From an uncultured Candidatus Cloacimonadota bacterium (lineage in GTDB: Bacteria; Cloacimonadota; Cloacimonadia; Cloacimonadales; JAJBBL01): 64,000 nucleotides of DNA. Location of the stretch: NCBI GenBank assembly GCA_964490765.1, contig CAZBDV010000001.1, forward strand, positions 50,685 to 114,684, read 5' to 3'. Both the position numbers and the translations under genes were made by a program. Positions 51,267 through 60,911 of the stretch are shown piece by piece. Numbering within the stretch: the first letter of the stretch is position 1; every line of letters begins with the position of its first letter. The notes beneath the pieces are model-generated. The model was not told the DNA's origin. It saw nothing but the letters and a program-made list of their open reading frames with translations, and did not search any database.

Positions 51267-51466
51267 TGAGAAACAGAGACTATGTTATGAAGCTCAATAA
51301 ATTGTTGCATGATGGCACTCATCAGTTTATTATATATTAAGAGACTTTTGAGGAGGATACGAGGCGGCGCGGGCCGACTCCCATCGTGGTTAATAGATTT
51401 TAAAGGCTCATCTATATTGTATCAGGCTGTCATGCGAATTAGAATAAGATGATTAAGGAGATTATT

Positions 51467-52144
51467 ATGAAACTGAGATTTCTATCCCATGCAGGATTTA
51501 TAATCACTACTGAGGGAGGTAAGAAGATTTTACTTGATCCCTTTCTCGACAATAACCCACTTGCGCCCATAAAATCAGATCAAGTGAGTGCCGATTATAT
51601 TATCATAACACATGGTCATGGTGATCATTTGGGTGACGCTCTTAAGATAGCCGATAAGAACCGGACACTATTCATTTGTGTGAATGAACTGGCTAACTAT
51701 GTAGCCGGCAAGGGATTCAAGGCTCACAATATGCATATCGGGGGGAGTCACAAGTTTCCCTTTGGCCGGGTAAAATTTACCATTGCCCATCACGGTAGTA
51801 TGACACCTGATAATCATTATGGAGGTGAAGCTTCGGGAGTAATCCTGACTATCGAAGAGAAGAGTATCTATCATACTGGAGATACCGGTCTTTTTTATGA
51901 TATGAAGTTGATAGGTGAAATGACCCCTGTAGACTATATGTTACTCCCGATAGGGGATAATTTTACAATGGGTATCGACGATGCAGTGAAAGCGGTTGAA
52001 CTGACAAATCCCAAGATAGCCGTTCCTATGCATTATAATACCTTCCCGATCATCAAGGCCGATCCACAGGAATTCAAAGACAAGTTAGCCGCTAAAGGGA
52101 AAGAATGCCTTATTATGCAACCCGGAGACGAAATCGAGATCTGA
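51467..52144 (+). CDS. metal-dependent hydrolase, metallo-beta-lactamase fold (UPF0173)
   Basis: DPF, THGHGDHLGD, YHTGDT, LLPIGDNFTM and PMHYNTF. SD AAGGAG precedes ATG 51467. Confidence 0.93.
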   Translation: MKLRFLSHAGFIITTEGGKKILLDPFLDNNPLAPIKSDQVSADYIIITHGHGDHLGDALKIADKNRTLFICVNELANYVAGKGFKAHNMHIGGSHKFPFGRVKFTIAHHGSMTPDNHYGGEASGVILTIEEKSIYHTGDTGLFYDMKLIGEMTPVDYMLLPIGDNFTMGIDDAVKAVELTNPKIAVPMHYNTFPIIKADPQEFKDKLAAKGKECLIMQPGDEIEI

Positions 52145-52173
52145 ACCGCAATAAACAATGTCAAATACAAAGT

Positions 52174-52206
52174 AAAACGGTCTGGCGAAAAGAGCCAGAC
52201 CGTTTA
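52174..52206. terminator. bidirectional intrinsic terminator
   Basis: AAAACGGTCTGGC...GCCAGACCGTTTT between convergent genes. Confidence 0.9.
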
Positions 52207-52235
52207 TTCGGAGAGGGTTTTGTGTGACTTGACGA

Positions 52236-55200
52236 CTACTTCAGTAACATCATTTTCCTCGTTTTGATATAGTTATCAGCGGTCAGTCTGTAGAAGTAAA
52301 CTCCACTACCTACAGAGTTACCGTTGTCTGTTTTACCATTCCAGACCACTCTATGTTCACCCTGCGGCAACTCATCATCTACCAGCATGGCAACTCGCTG
52401 GCCGCGGATATTGTAAACTTCGAGCCGGACATTCGATCTCTCATTAAGTGAGAAACTAATCGCTGTCTCGGGGTTGAACGGATTGGGATAGTTTCCTTTC
52501 AGTTCGGTAATGTATGGCAAGTTGCTTGTTTCTTTAATATCAACTGTTTCTACAGCTATGGTAAGCGTTTCTGTCGGATCTGATTCAAAGAATTCGCTGA
52601 AATTAATGAACTCATAGACAGCAGTGAGATGGTAATCGTAAATTCCATCTGCAAGCTCCTGGTCGATGTAACTTGAATAAAAATGAGGAATGAATGCTAT
52701 AAGTTCATTATCTCTGAAGAGGTTATAACCGATAAGATAGAGATGTGGACTGGTCGAGGTTCTGTTATCGAGCATTAAACTCTTTTCTCTATCTCTCACC
52801 GACTTCTCAAAAGATGTTTCAGCTCTGTTACTCAAAGTAGCAGGACGTACCCTGCTGTTAGACATTACACCGGTATATGGAATATTCGGGATTATCATTT
52901 CCAGTTGATACCAGTATATTCTGATCTTCCAGTTTGCATCGATATCATAATCAGTTAAGTTTCCTTCTTCATCAACTGTAAAGATCAAATCGGATTTTGA
53001 ATTAGTGTTGCTACCGGTATCATAAACAGCAGGATTACCTGTGTAATTACTATACATTATTCCAATAGTGAATTCGTATAGTTCCTGGTAATTTTCCAGA
53101 TCTAATACATCATCTAATCTGACAAAATTCCAGGAATTTGGTTCTATATCAGTTAGTTCTTCCATATGTTTAATCTCCATTGGACTGTCAGGTAAGAAGA
53201 GATCTCTACGCCATATAATTAGCGTATAATCTGCCGTGGCTTCATTAGCCATGAAGGCAATCTCTCTCAATTCATGATAATCAAAGGAGAGTAAATCCCA
53301 CTCATCAAATCTAACAGCAGCAATGAAATCTTCGCCCTCAGGCATACTGAAATTTCCTCCGATTTCATTATTATCCCAGTGTAACCAGACACCGCTCTGT
53401 ACCGGCCTATTCCAAGAGAGAATAACATCTGAATAGTCGACGTTACCATCTAAGTTCTGGGGTGGATAAAGTTCGTTCTCAGATGCTGTAATGTAGAAGA
53501 TACTACTTTTTATCGATTCACCGGTATTGTATACTGCAGTAACAAAGAAACCATACTGCTGACCCGGATTAACATCTTCGACAATATAGGTATTGTCTGT
53601 AATCAGTTCGGAATTGATTAACAGATCTCCCTCAATGGCATCATAGACATTATAACCAATAAGATCACCAGCAGTTGGTTCACTGGGGGGAGTCCAGTAA
53701 AGCTCAATATAACTCCCCATACAGATGCCAAATACATCACGAGGGGAGAACATCGAATAAAAATCATAAGGAATGGAGTGTTCAGACTCCTCGTCACCGA
53801 ATATTGCTGTAACCGTATACTGATAATCACAAAGGTTCTCAACCGAATAGTCTATGTATCCATAGGGTTCGATGACAGGTATCGGTTCTGCATTAATCAA
53901 ATCGCCATTCCTGTAGAGATTGAATCCGGTCAGATTTCTCAAAATCGATTCACGATGTCCGCTCTCTCGCAGAATGATATTCCAGTTGATTTGCAGGGCT
54001 TCTTCATTCTCGATCTGTGTTACCCGGGTAATCTGGGGGATATACATATCTGTAACCTCAATATTCAAAATTTCAGAGGCGACAGATTCGCCATCATCAT
54101 AGAATGAGGTGACAAAATACTGGTATTCACCAACAGAGAGATTGTTATCAGAGTACGCTGTCTCCATAATGGGACCAGAATTGATTCGCATATTATTACG
54201 ATAGACATAGTATCCAACGAGATCACGGTTTGACCTGAACGTAACTTCATCCCAGCTGATATTGATATTATTGCGCTGGAATACCTCGACACTTACGTTT
54301 GAGGGGGGATTATTAGCTGCTGGACTCTCATTCAACGAAACTGTCAGATCAGTTGTCTGGTTATCCATTATAGTCACATCATCAATTAACTGTTCCACAA
54401 ATCCCGGTTTTGAGATCTTTATGGTATAATCCCCTTCGTAAAGCATCGGGATACAGAACAAACCATCAGAGCCTGTCAGGGCTGTCTTTGTATTGTTAGT
54501 AACAGAAACGAGAGTATTTTCGAGGGGATTGTTGAAAGAATCGCTTACATATCCAGTCAGTTCTCCAACTCCTGATGAGTTAAAAACAAATTTGGTTCTC
54601 ACCTGGAAACTACTGGGGTAATTTTCTCCCGGATCGTGGGGGTCTATCAATGCTTCGTCCTGAATAGATATCGTCCGCTCACTATCAATAAAACCACCAT
54701 TGAATCGTCGTATCCCCTGATTGTCGTGCCAGTTGTATATTCGATGAATAGCTACAATCAGATTACCACCATCATAATAATAGGGATTATCGAGCATAAG
54801 ATAACAATTATTGAGTCCGGTAGCAAAATCTACATAACCATCGAATACGATCGATAGACTGTCGATATCGACAAACTGATTGTCAAAGCTATTTCGCGAG
54901 GTCTCTCCCATGTAGACTTTTATTCTACTATCATTGACTTCATCGCTAAAATCATAGACGAATCCAATCAGATCAATAAACCCGGTAGCAGATAATTCAC
55001 TCTCCAGATATATCATCTGTGAATAAGAGTTAGGTCCTCCAAAATTAAACGGAACAGGACTCCAGAAATTGGTTGGCCCGATATCTAACAACGTGCTGTT
55101 TGGAGCAAAGACACTGATTGTCACAGGTTCACTCATATTATCTTCAAGATTCTGATCGTTTTGATATAATACTCCTCCAATGACGGTTAATTCTCCAATA

Positions 55201-56258
55201 GTGTCAGGAGTATAATACAGTTCATAGAAAACATCTTCTCCCGGTTGCACGAAACCGATAAAGGGAGAAAAAGAATCGAGATATTCCCCTTCTTCTGTCA
55301 TGAGTACGAGAGTTAAATCTGCAGCAGAGACTAAATTTGAACCACTATTCTCAATATGCAGAATGAATTCCGCCTCTTCACCTACATTGAGATTATCTTC
55401 CACGATGAAATCTAAAAGGGTGATATCGTACTGATTGGGTACATCAAGTGTTAGTAGCTCAGTCTGGTCATTTGCACTGTTCTCATCACCAGGTAGCTCT
55501 ACCTCACCATAAAACTCGTAAGAACCTCCACTGATGGGTGTCCAGTAGAGTGTAAATTCTACTTCCTCTCCTGGTCCTATATTAATATCTGCTTCGACAA
55601 AATCCAGCAGGGAGCCATCAGCTTGATAAAGGGATACAGTGTAATTATCCTGTTCATTCAACCCAACATTTTTTACTCTGATATCAATCGGGACATTAAT
55701 GCCAATTGTGGGATTGACATCACAAGAAATGTCTATAGAAGCCAGATCATTATCACAAGAGGCTTCGATTGCGATATAATAAATATCCCACGAATTGATA
55801 TTATAGGTTGATCCACCTGCTGTCCGAAAACGAAGTTGTATGTCTTCTCCGCTGTATTGAGCCAGTGAATAAGTAAACAGGCTACCATCTATTTCACCCC
55901 AATCTTCATTTTCTGTATGTAGCCAGATTACTTCTGTATCACCATTGTGTAAAACTGCTATCTCGAAAAATTCCCCATCTTGATCGAATTCGAATTGATC
56001 AACATACTGGATGATGTTTATGTTATCTGTGTTCGCCGGTAGAGAAATCAACGGTGATGTAGCAGACATATCAAAGTTAGCAGCTTCAGGAAACCAATTG
56101 AATTTTAAACTGTTACCTGTAATCGACCAGTTCCCATTTAAATCCCACTCACCGGTATCAATCTCAAAGTTCTCTTCCCAGTAGATAGCCTGGGCTGTCA
56201 ATAATGAACAGATTACAGCCATTATCATCAGACTTATTATAGTGTATATTTGTTTCAT
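52236..56258 (-). CDS. large secreted multidomain protein (adhesin-like, CARDB-like, carboxypeptidase-regulatory-like and FN3 repeats; C-terminal FlgD-Ig/T9SS-CTD-like domain)
   Basis: Signal peptide, VKNVG...DENSAND repeats, GYVSD..NPLE..V, repeated GYNVY.../Y.VTA.Y..GES FN3 motifs and NYPNPFNPETAISF...KMMLLK. No catalytic motif recognised. Confidence 0.85.
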   Translation of the reverse strand: MKQIYTIISLMIMAVICSLLTAQAIYWEENFEIDTGEWDLNGNWSITGNSLKFNWFPEAANFDMSATSPLISLPANTDNINIIQYVDQFEFDQDGEFFEIAVLHNGDTEVIWLHTENEDWGEIDGSLFTYSLAQYSGEDIQLRFRTAGGSTYNINSWDIYYIAIEASCDNDLASIDISCDVNPTIGINVPIDIRVKNVGLNEQDNYTVSLYQADGSLLDFVEADINIGPGEEVEFTLYWTPISGGSYEFYGEVELPGDENSANDQTELLTLDVPNQYDITLLDFIVEDNLNVGEEAEFILHIENSGSNLVSAADLTLVLMTEEGEYLDSFSPFIGFVQPGEDVFYELYYTPDTIGELTVIGGVLYQNDQNLEDNMSEPVTISVFAPNSTLLDIGPTNFWSPVPFNFGGPNSYSQMIYLESELSATGFIDLIGFVYDFSDEVNDSRIKVYMGETSRNSFDNQFVDIDSLSIVFDGYVDFATGLNNCYLMLDNPYYYDGGNLIVAIHRIYNWHDNQGIRRFNGGFIDSERTISIQDEALIDPHDPGENYPSSFQVRTKFVFNSSGVGELTGYVSDSFNNPLENTLVSVTNNTKTALTGSDGLFCIPMLYEGDYTIKISKPGFVEQLIDDVTIMDNQTTDLTVSLNESPAANNPPSNVSVEVFQRNNINISWDEVTFRSNRDLVGYYVYRNNMRINSGPIMETAYSDNNLSVGEYQYFVTSFYDDGESVASEILNIEVTDMYIPQITRVTQIENEEALQINWNIILRESGHRESILRNLTGFNLYRNGDLINAEPIPVIEPYGYIDYSVENLCDYQYTVTAIFGDEESEHSIPYDFYSMFSPRDVFGICMGSYIELYWTPPSEPTAGDLIGYNVYDAIEGDLLINSELITDNTYIVEDVNPGQQYGFFVTAVYNTGESIKSSIFYITASENELYPPQNLDGNVDYSDVILSWNRPVQSGVWLHWDNNEIGGNFSMPEGEDFIAAVRFDEWDLLSFDYHELREIAFMANEATADYTLIIWRRDLFLPDSPMEIKHMEELTDIEPNSWNFVRLDDVLDLENYQELYEFTIGIMYSNYTGNPAVYDTGSNTNSKSDLIFTVDEEGNLTDYDIDANWKIRIYWYQLEMIIPNIPYTGVMSNSRVRPATLSNRAETSFEKSVRDREKSLMLDNRTSTSPHLYLIGYNLFRDNELIAFIPHFYSSYIDQELADGIYDYHLTAVYEFINFSEFFESDPTETLTIAVETVDIKETSNLPYITELKGNYPNPFNPETAISFSLNERSNVRLEVYNIRGQRVAMLVDDELPQGEHRVVWNGKTDNGNSVGSGVYFYRLTADNYIKTRKMMLLK

Positions 56259-56281
56259 TATTTTCCTCCTGTTAAATTGTC

Positions 56282-56305
56282 CCGAACCGGTAAAAACCGG
56301 TTCGG
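56282..56305. other. perfect intercistronic hairpin
   Basis: CCGAACCGGT-AAAA-ACCGGTTCGG with no U-tract. Confidence 0.6.
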
Positions 56306-56316
56306 AAGCTGGTAGT

Positions 56317-58773
56317 TTACTTTATCATCATCATTCTTCGAGTCTGAGACTGACCCTGATATGATACTCTATAGAAATAGACTCCTGAGCTTACCGGCCG
56401 TCTCTGGTTATCTCTACCATTCCAGATGATATTGTGAGTTCCGGGATCTAAAACCTGATCGTTAACTAATGTCTTAACTTTCTGACCTTTCAGATTGAAT
56501 ATCTCCACTGAAACAGCATCTCTATCCTCTATCGAGAAGGATATTGTAGTTTCTGGATTGAAAGGATTCGGGTAGTTCTGAGTCAGGATGAAACCCTGTT
56601 CCTCGTTGATGATATCGTCAACGAATGATACATCTCCGGTATAGGTGAATGTATATAAGCCTGTAACTGCAGTACCGACCCACATTCTGCCATCCCTATC
56701 TGATGATATATGCAGGGTCCAGTTTGATGGCAGTGGGCTATTGCTTCCATCATAGATTTCAACATCCTCCCCATCGAAGAGAACTATACCACCTAGTGTA
56801 CCATGCCAGATACGACCATATTCATCCATTGTTGTTGAATTAACAGGGGTTACAGAACCATCACCAAGAACTGGAAGAACAGAATTGTAATTTCTCCAGC
56901 TTGTACCATCATAACTGGTAAGGCCTATCAGAGTACCTACCCAGAGGATGTTGTTATCATCGAAGTAAAGATTCCAGATCTCACCAGTCTGTAATGCAGG
57001 TGTATTGCCTGGATGGAAGATACTCCAGTTTGTACCATCAAATCTGTATAATCCCGTCTTGGTTCCAACCCAGAGATCATCTGTCAGAGGATCGACCTCA
57101 ACTGTGTAGACCTCATTTGTCAAAAGTCCAGAGTTCATACTATTATAATGAGTCCAGCTACTACCATTATAACAAGCGACACCCCCATAAGCAACATCGG
57201 GTCTACCGATCCAGATATTATTCTGACTGTCGACAGCTATACTTGCAGCATACAATTGTTCCAGATTTGAATTGGTGTAATTTATAGCTGTCCATCCCGT
57301 ACCGTCATTATAAACTACTCCACCATGGTGGTGATCATTACCCGTAGCCAGATATATCACATCATCTTTGATTTTGATATCATTGACCAGATAATTAGCA
57401 ATGGAATCGTAACTGTAATTTACCCACTCTTCGCCATCGTATCCTGTTAAGCCACCAGTTCCATTGTTGAGAATGTTGTATCCGCTACCTATCCAGGCGT
57501 GTGTGGAGTGTTCAGCATTAACACTCCAGATATTCATGCAAGTTAATCCTGATTCCGGGTCTGATATGTCCATCAATTCAATGATTCCGTTGTTATATAC
57601 ATATAACCCATAGAATGAACTCGCTATCAAGATTCTGTCATCTGAAATCGGATAGATTCCTGAAATATTGTATTCAGCGATGGGGCTGTTGTAATTATCA
57701 TAGAAAATCCAGTCATCACCATTAAACATGGCAATACCATGGCTTGTTCCTAACCAGAGATTTCCGCAGTTATCGAGGGTAATAGTGTTTACCGAACCTT
57801 CTAACATTTCCTCTGGATTATTGCGTCCTGTAGAGAATAAATTACCATCCTTCATTGTTGTTTTAAGCTCCGGCAATTCTCGTGAGCGATTATGATTAGG
57901 AAATCTGTGGGAACTTGTTACAAACTCTTTGCCTGAAGAAAGAGACTGCAACTCTTCTTCGAACGGAAAATCATAACAGATGAACTCATTACCATCATAA
58001 GAGTAATAGCTGTCATATCCACCGGCAAACCAGATTGTTCCGTCTGCAGAGATATCACTATCCCAGAACCTGACAGTATCATATCGCTTCGGTATAATAT
58101 CGAAGTAATCCGTCCATACCCCATCAATATAGCTTGCTACACCACCACCTGTAAAGTCTGTTGTTCCGCTTATCTGATATTCATCCAGTGTTAACCAGAT
58201 TTCATCATTTTCTGTTATCAGTATGGATGTTACATTCATAGAATTCATTTCGGTATTATCGAGATTGAAGATCGTCCACTCCCCATCAGGAGATAAACGG
58301 GCCAATCCCCCATAATAGGTAGCTACCCAGACGTTACCAATACTATCAGTCTCTACATCACAGACACTGTTAGATGGCAAGGGGCTGTTATTTGACTGGT
58401 ATACAACCCAGTTATCCTCAGTATCCCAGAGATGCAATCCACCAAAATAGTCTGGTGATATCAAATAATCTCCGTAATAATGATCGGTTCCTATCCAGAG
58501 ATTACCAGCGTTATCTTTGGCTATTCCAGTTATGAAATTCGATGTTAGCCCGGAGTTCGCAGTAGTATAGACAACTCTTTCTCCGGTCTCTTTGTTTAAT
58601 TTGACCAGTCCACCAAAAGTTCCTATCCAGAGGTAATCACCATCCTCATAGATATCTTTGACTACATAGATACTCGTGTATCCGTCCCAATCGATAGGTT
58701 CTGATGATAACATCACTACACTTAGGAACAGGAACATCAGAACCAAAATCTTCATTAGATTTTTCTCTCTCAT
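56317..58773 (-). CDS. secreted beta-propeller (Reg_prop-type repeat) protein with a C-terminal FlgD-Ig/T9SS-CTD-like domain
   Basis: Many D..GNLWIGT / NSPLPSN / FDG..W repeats and NYPNPFNPETTISF...RRMMMIK. SD GGAGG precedes ATG 58773. Confidence 0.88.
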   Translation of the reverse strand: MREKNLMKILVLMFLFLSVVMLSSEPIDWDGYTSIYVVKDIYEDGDYLWIGTFGGLVKLNKETGERVVYTTANSGLTSNFITGIAKDNAGNLWIGTDHYYGDYLISPDYFGGLHLWDTEDNWVVYQSNNSPLPSNSVCDVETDSIGNVWVATYYGGLARLSPDGEWTIFNLDNTEMNSMNVTSILITENDEIWLTLDEYQISGTTDFTGGGVASYIDGVWTDYFDIIPKRYDTVRFWDSDISADGTIWFAGGYDSYYSYDGNEFICYDFPFEEELQSLSSGKEFVTSSHRFPNHNRSRELPELKTTMKDGNLFSTGRNNPEEMLEGSVNTITLDNCGNLWLGTSHGIAMFNGDDWIFYDNYNSPIAEYNISGIYPISDDRILIASSFYGLYVYNNGIIELMDISDPESGLTCMNIWSVNAEHSTHAWIGSGYNILNNGTGGLTGYDGEEWVNYSYDSIANYLVNDIKIKDDVIYLATGNDHHHGGVVYNDGTGWTAINYTNSNLEQLYAASIAVDSQNNIWIGRPDVAYGGVACYNGSSWTHYNSMNSGLLTNEVYTVEVDPLTDDLWVGTKTGLYRFDGTNWSIFHPGNTPALQTGEIWNLYFDDNNILWVGTLIGLTSYDGTSWRNYNSVLPVLGDGSVTPVNSTTMDEYGRIWHGTLGGIVLFDGEDVEIYDGSNSPLPSNWTLHISSDRDGRMWVGTAVTGLYTFTYTGDVSFVDDIINEEQGFILTQNYPNPFNPETTISFSIEDRDAVSVEIFNLKGQKVKTLVNDQVLDPGTHNIIWNGRDNQRRPVSSGVYFYRVSYQGQSQTRRMMMIK

Positions 58774-58804
58774 CTTTGCCTCCATAATTATTTGTTATGA
58801 TCAA

Positions 58805-59224
58805 TTATATGAACATGGACATCAGCTTGAAGGAAGAGGGATTACTCTTCTTCAGCGACATCAAGCTCTCGAGTTTTGTTAAAAAGTTCTCTAAAGGAAG
58901 TGGTTTGTGATAAATAGCTTCCAGATCCATCTCTGTCGCTTTGTCGAGAAGTGTTGTATCAATATAACCTGAAAACAATATGATCTTAGCCTGGGGATTG
59001 ATTCCCTTGATTGCTTTAATTAAAGTTAAGCCATCCATTCCGGGCATCTTGTAATCAGTAGCGATGACATCATAATCACTACTGTTATAACTTTTCAGTG
59101 CTTCAAAGGGATCGTCAAAATAATCAGTACTATAGCCGTGTAAAGACAATGCTCTGCTTAAACTGTGGAGTGAATTGAGATCATCGTCTATGATCATTAT
59201 CTTCAATTTTTCCTTTCCACTCAT
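58805..59224 (-). CDS. single-domain response regulator (receiver only)
   Basis: IIDDD, TDYKMPGMDG, FSG and KP. Start ATG 59224 lies downstream of the sigma54 promoter. Confidence 0.9.
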   Translation of the reverse strand: MSGKEKLKIMIIDDDLNSLHSLSRALSLHGYSTDYFDDPFEALKSYNSSDYDVIATDYKMPGMDGLTLIKAIKGINPQAKIILFSGYIDTTLLDKATEMDLEAIYHKPLPLENFLTKLESLMSLKKSNPSSFKLMSMFI

Positions 59225-59260
59225 CTGAATATACCTCGAAATTATTTTGTCTAAGCTATT

Positions 59261-59276
59261 TGCAACATCTGTGCCA
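59261..59276 (-). promoter_or_regulatory. sigma54 (-24/-12) promoter
   Basis: Minus strand TGGCACAGATGTTGCA matches the consensus TGGCAC-N5-TTGCA exactly, next to a sigma54 activator gene. Confidence 0.85.
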
Positions 59277-59343
59277 CAAGTATGATTTGGGACTAACAGC
59301 TTGGCAGGTAAAGAAATAAGAGGCAATTATGTCAATATGCAAG

Positions 59344-59410
59344 GCGGTCAATAAATAGCCAGTACGGGGGTGTGATGATAAGATAATATTCAGCGGTCAG
59401 AATTTGACCA
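59344..59410. promoter_or_regulatory. putative upstream activator sites for the NtrC-type regulator
   Basis: Two related 18-mers, GCGGTCAATAAATAGCCA (59344-59361) and GCGGTCAGAATTTGACCA (59393-59410; GGTCA-N5-TGACC), about 70-135 bp upstream of -24. Confidence 0.5.
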
Positions 59411-59480
59411 TAGAATCGGGGGAAATTGATCAGGGATAACTGATAGTAATCGTATCAGTTAAATCAGGGATAAAATTCAG

Positions 59481-60911
59481 TTATTCCAGTATCTTCTTTC
59501 TCAGTGTCTGTCTTGTTATGCCCAAATACTCAGCAGTTCTGGTTTTATTACCCTGGAACCGATCAAGGATTTTACTAATTATCTTTTTTTCTATCTCTTG
59601 AAGTGGCATGCTTTCTTCTTCCAGTTTTATAAGAATAGTGTCCTGTGATTCAGCGACCTCTTCTTCATAGTAGAGGTCGGCTTCCAAATGTTCAGGTTTT
59701 AATTCTACCTCATCATAGAGTAAAACTGCTCGTTCGATAGAATTTTCCAGATCCCTGATATTCCCTCGCCAATCTTTATTTATAAGGATATCAAGTGCTT
59801 TTTTATTTATTATCCTGAATCTCTTTTTCTTGATTTCCGCGAAATGATTGAGAAACATCTGGGCAAGTGGTGGGATCTCATCCTTCCTTTCTCTCAGAGG
59901 TGGAATCTCGATAAACCCGGTATTCAATCTGTAAAAAAGATCCCGGCGGAATCTACCATCGTCGACCAGTTTCCTCAGATCCTGATTAGTAGCACAAACA
60001 AAGCGGACATCGAGTTTAATTTTCTTTATTCCGCCAATTCTATATAGCTCTTTTTCCTGCAATACTCTCAGTAATTTAGGTTGCATATCCAAAGGTAAAT
60101 CACCAATTTCATCGAGGAAAATAGTACCCCCTTGAGCGAGTTCCAACTTACCAGGCATCCCTTTTGATTTTGCTCCGGTATAGGCACCACCTTCATATCC
60201 GAATAGTTCACTCTCGAAGAGTGAAGGGGAGATAGCAGAGCAATTTATGCTTATGAAAGGAGTAGTTGTTTCCCCTTTATTGTAATGTATCATTCTGGCA
60301 ATAACTTCTTTGCCTGTCCCCGTTTCACCCTGAATAAGCACAGGAATCGACCTGTCTTTATGGTATTTTTCGGTTAGTTTTACGATCTTCTTCATCTTAT
60401 CGGAAAAGATACCCACTTTACCTATTCCAACAATATCAGCATATAACGATTGCAGATCTTTCAGCCTGTTTTCAATCTCTTTAGTTGATTCATGGAGCAT
60501 GTTATCGAAATTAGCCTTATACTCTCTATTTTCTCGTAGAAGGTACTGATGTTCTGCTATTTTTTCCACTATAGCTGCTAATTCCTCTACATTAAGAGGT
60601 TTCAGGAGATAGTCATATGCTCCGTTTCTGAGAGCTTCGATGGCAGTTGACAACTCGCCGTATCCGGTAATGATTACAACATCGCTGAATTTCCACTCCG
60701 GGTTGGATTTTACTTTCTTCAGAAGCTCAATACCATCTATTCCGGGCATTCGAATGTCGGTCAGGAGCATCGCAAACATTTCTTTGTTCATAAGTTCAAG
60801 TGCTTCATCACCATTAGAACACTGAGTGACTTGATGGCCTAAATAATTAGTTAGAAAATGAGCAGTAGATTGTCTACTTGCTACATCATCATCAATTAGT
60901 AGGATGTTCAT
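59481..60911 (-). CDS. sigma54-dependent response regulator (REC-AAA+-Fis HTH, NtrC/AtoC family)
   Basis: TDIRMPGIDG, GETGTGKE, ESELFG..GAYTGA, FLDEIGD, RRDLFYRL, WRGNIRDL and GNKTRTAEYLGI. Confidence 0.96.
   Translation of the reverse strand: MNILLIDDDVASRQSTAHFLTNYLGHQVTQCSNGDEALELMNKEMFAMLLTDIRMPGIDGIELLKKVKSNPEWKFSDVVIITGYGELSTAIEALRNGAYDYLLKPLNVEELAAIVEKIAEHQYLLRENREYKANFDNMLHESTKEIENRLKDLQSLYADIVGIGKVGIFSDKMKKIVKLTEKYHKDRSIPVLIQGETGTGKEVIARMIHYNKGETTTPFISINCSAISPSLFESELFGYEGGAYTGAKSKGMPGKLELAQGGTIFLDEIGDLPLDMQPKLLRVLQEKELYRIGGIKKIKLDVRFVCATNQDLRKLVDDGRFRRDLFYRLNTGFIEIPPLRERKDEIPPLAQMFLNHFAEIKKKRFRIINKKALDILINKDWRGNIRDLENSIERAVLLYDEVELKPEHLEADLYYEEEVAESQDTILIKLEEESMPLQEIEKKIISKILDRFQGNKTRTAEYLGITRQTLRKKILE

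Noticed and set aside
51194-51466. yybP-ykoY or fluoride riboswitch near the P-type ATPase
   Set aside because: Consensus elements are absent, and the ATPase promoter leaves only a short leader.
59225-59326. N-terminal extension of the response regulator given in the ORF track
   Set aside because: It runs through the sigma54 promoter; ATG 59224 with a GAGGT SD fits a plain receiver domain.
60170-60195. GAYTGA instead of GAFTGA as evidence of a non-sigma54 activator
   Set aside because: F to Y is a known natural bEBP variant, and a consensus sigma54 promoter is adjacent.
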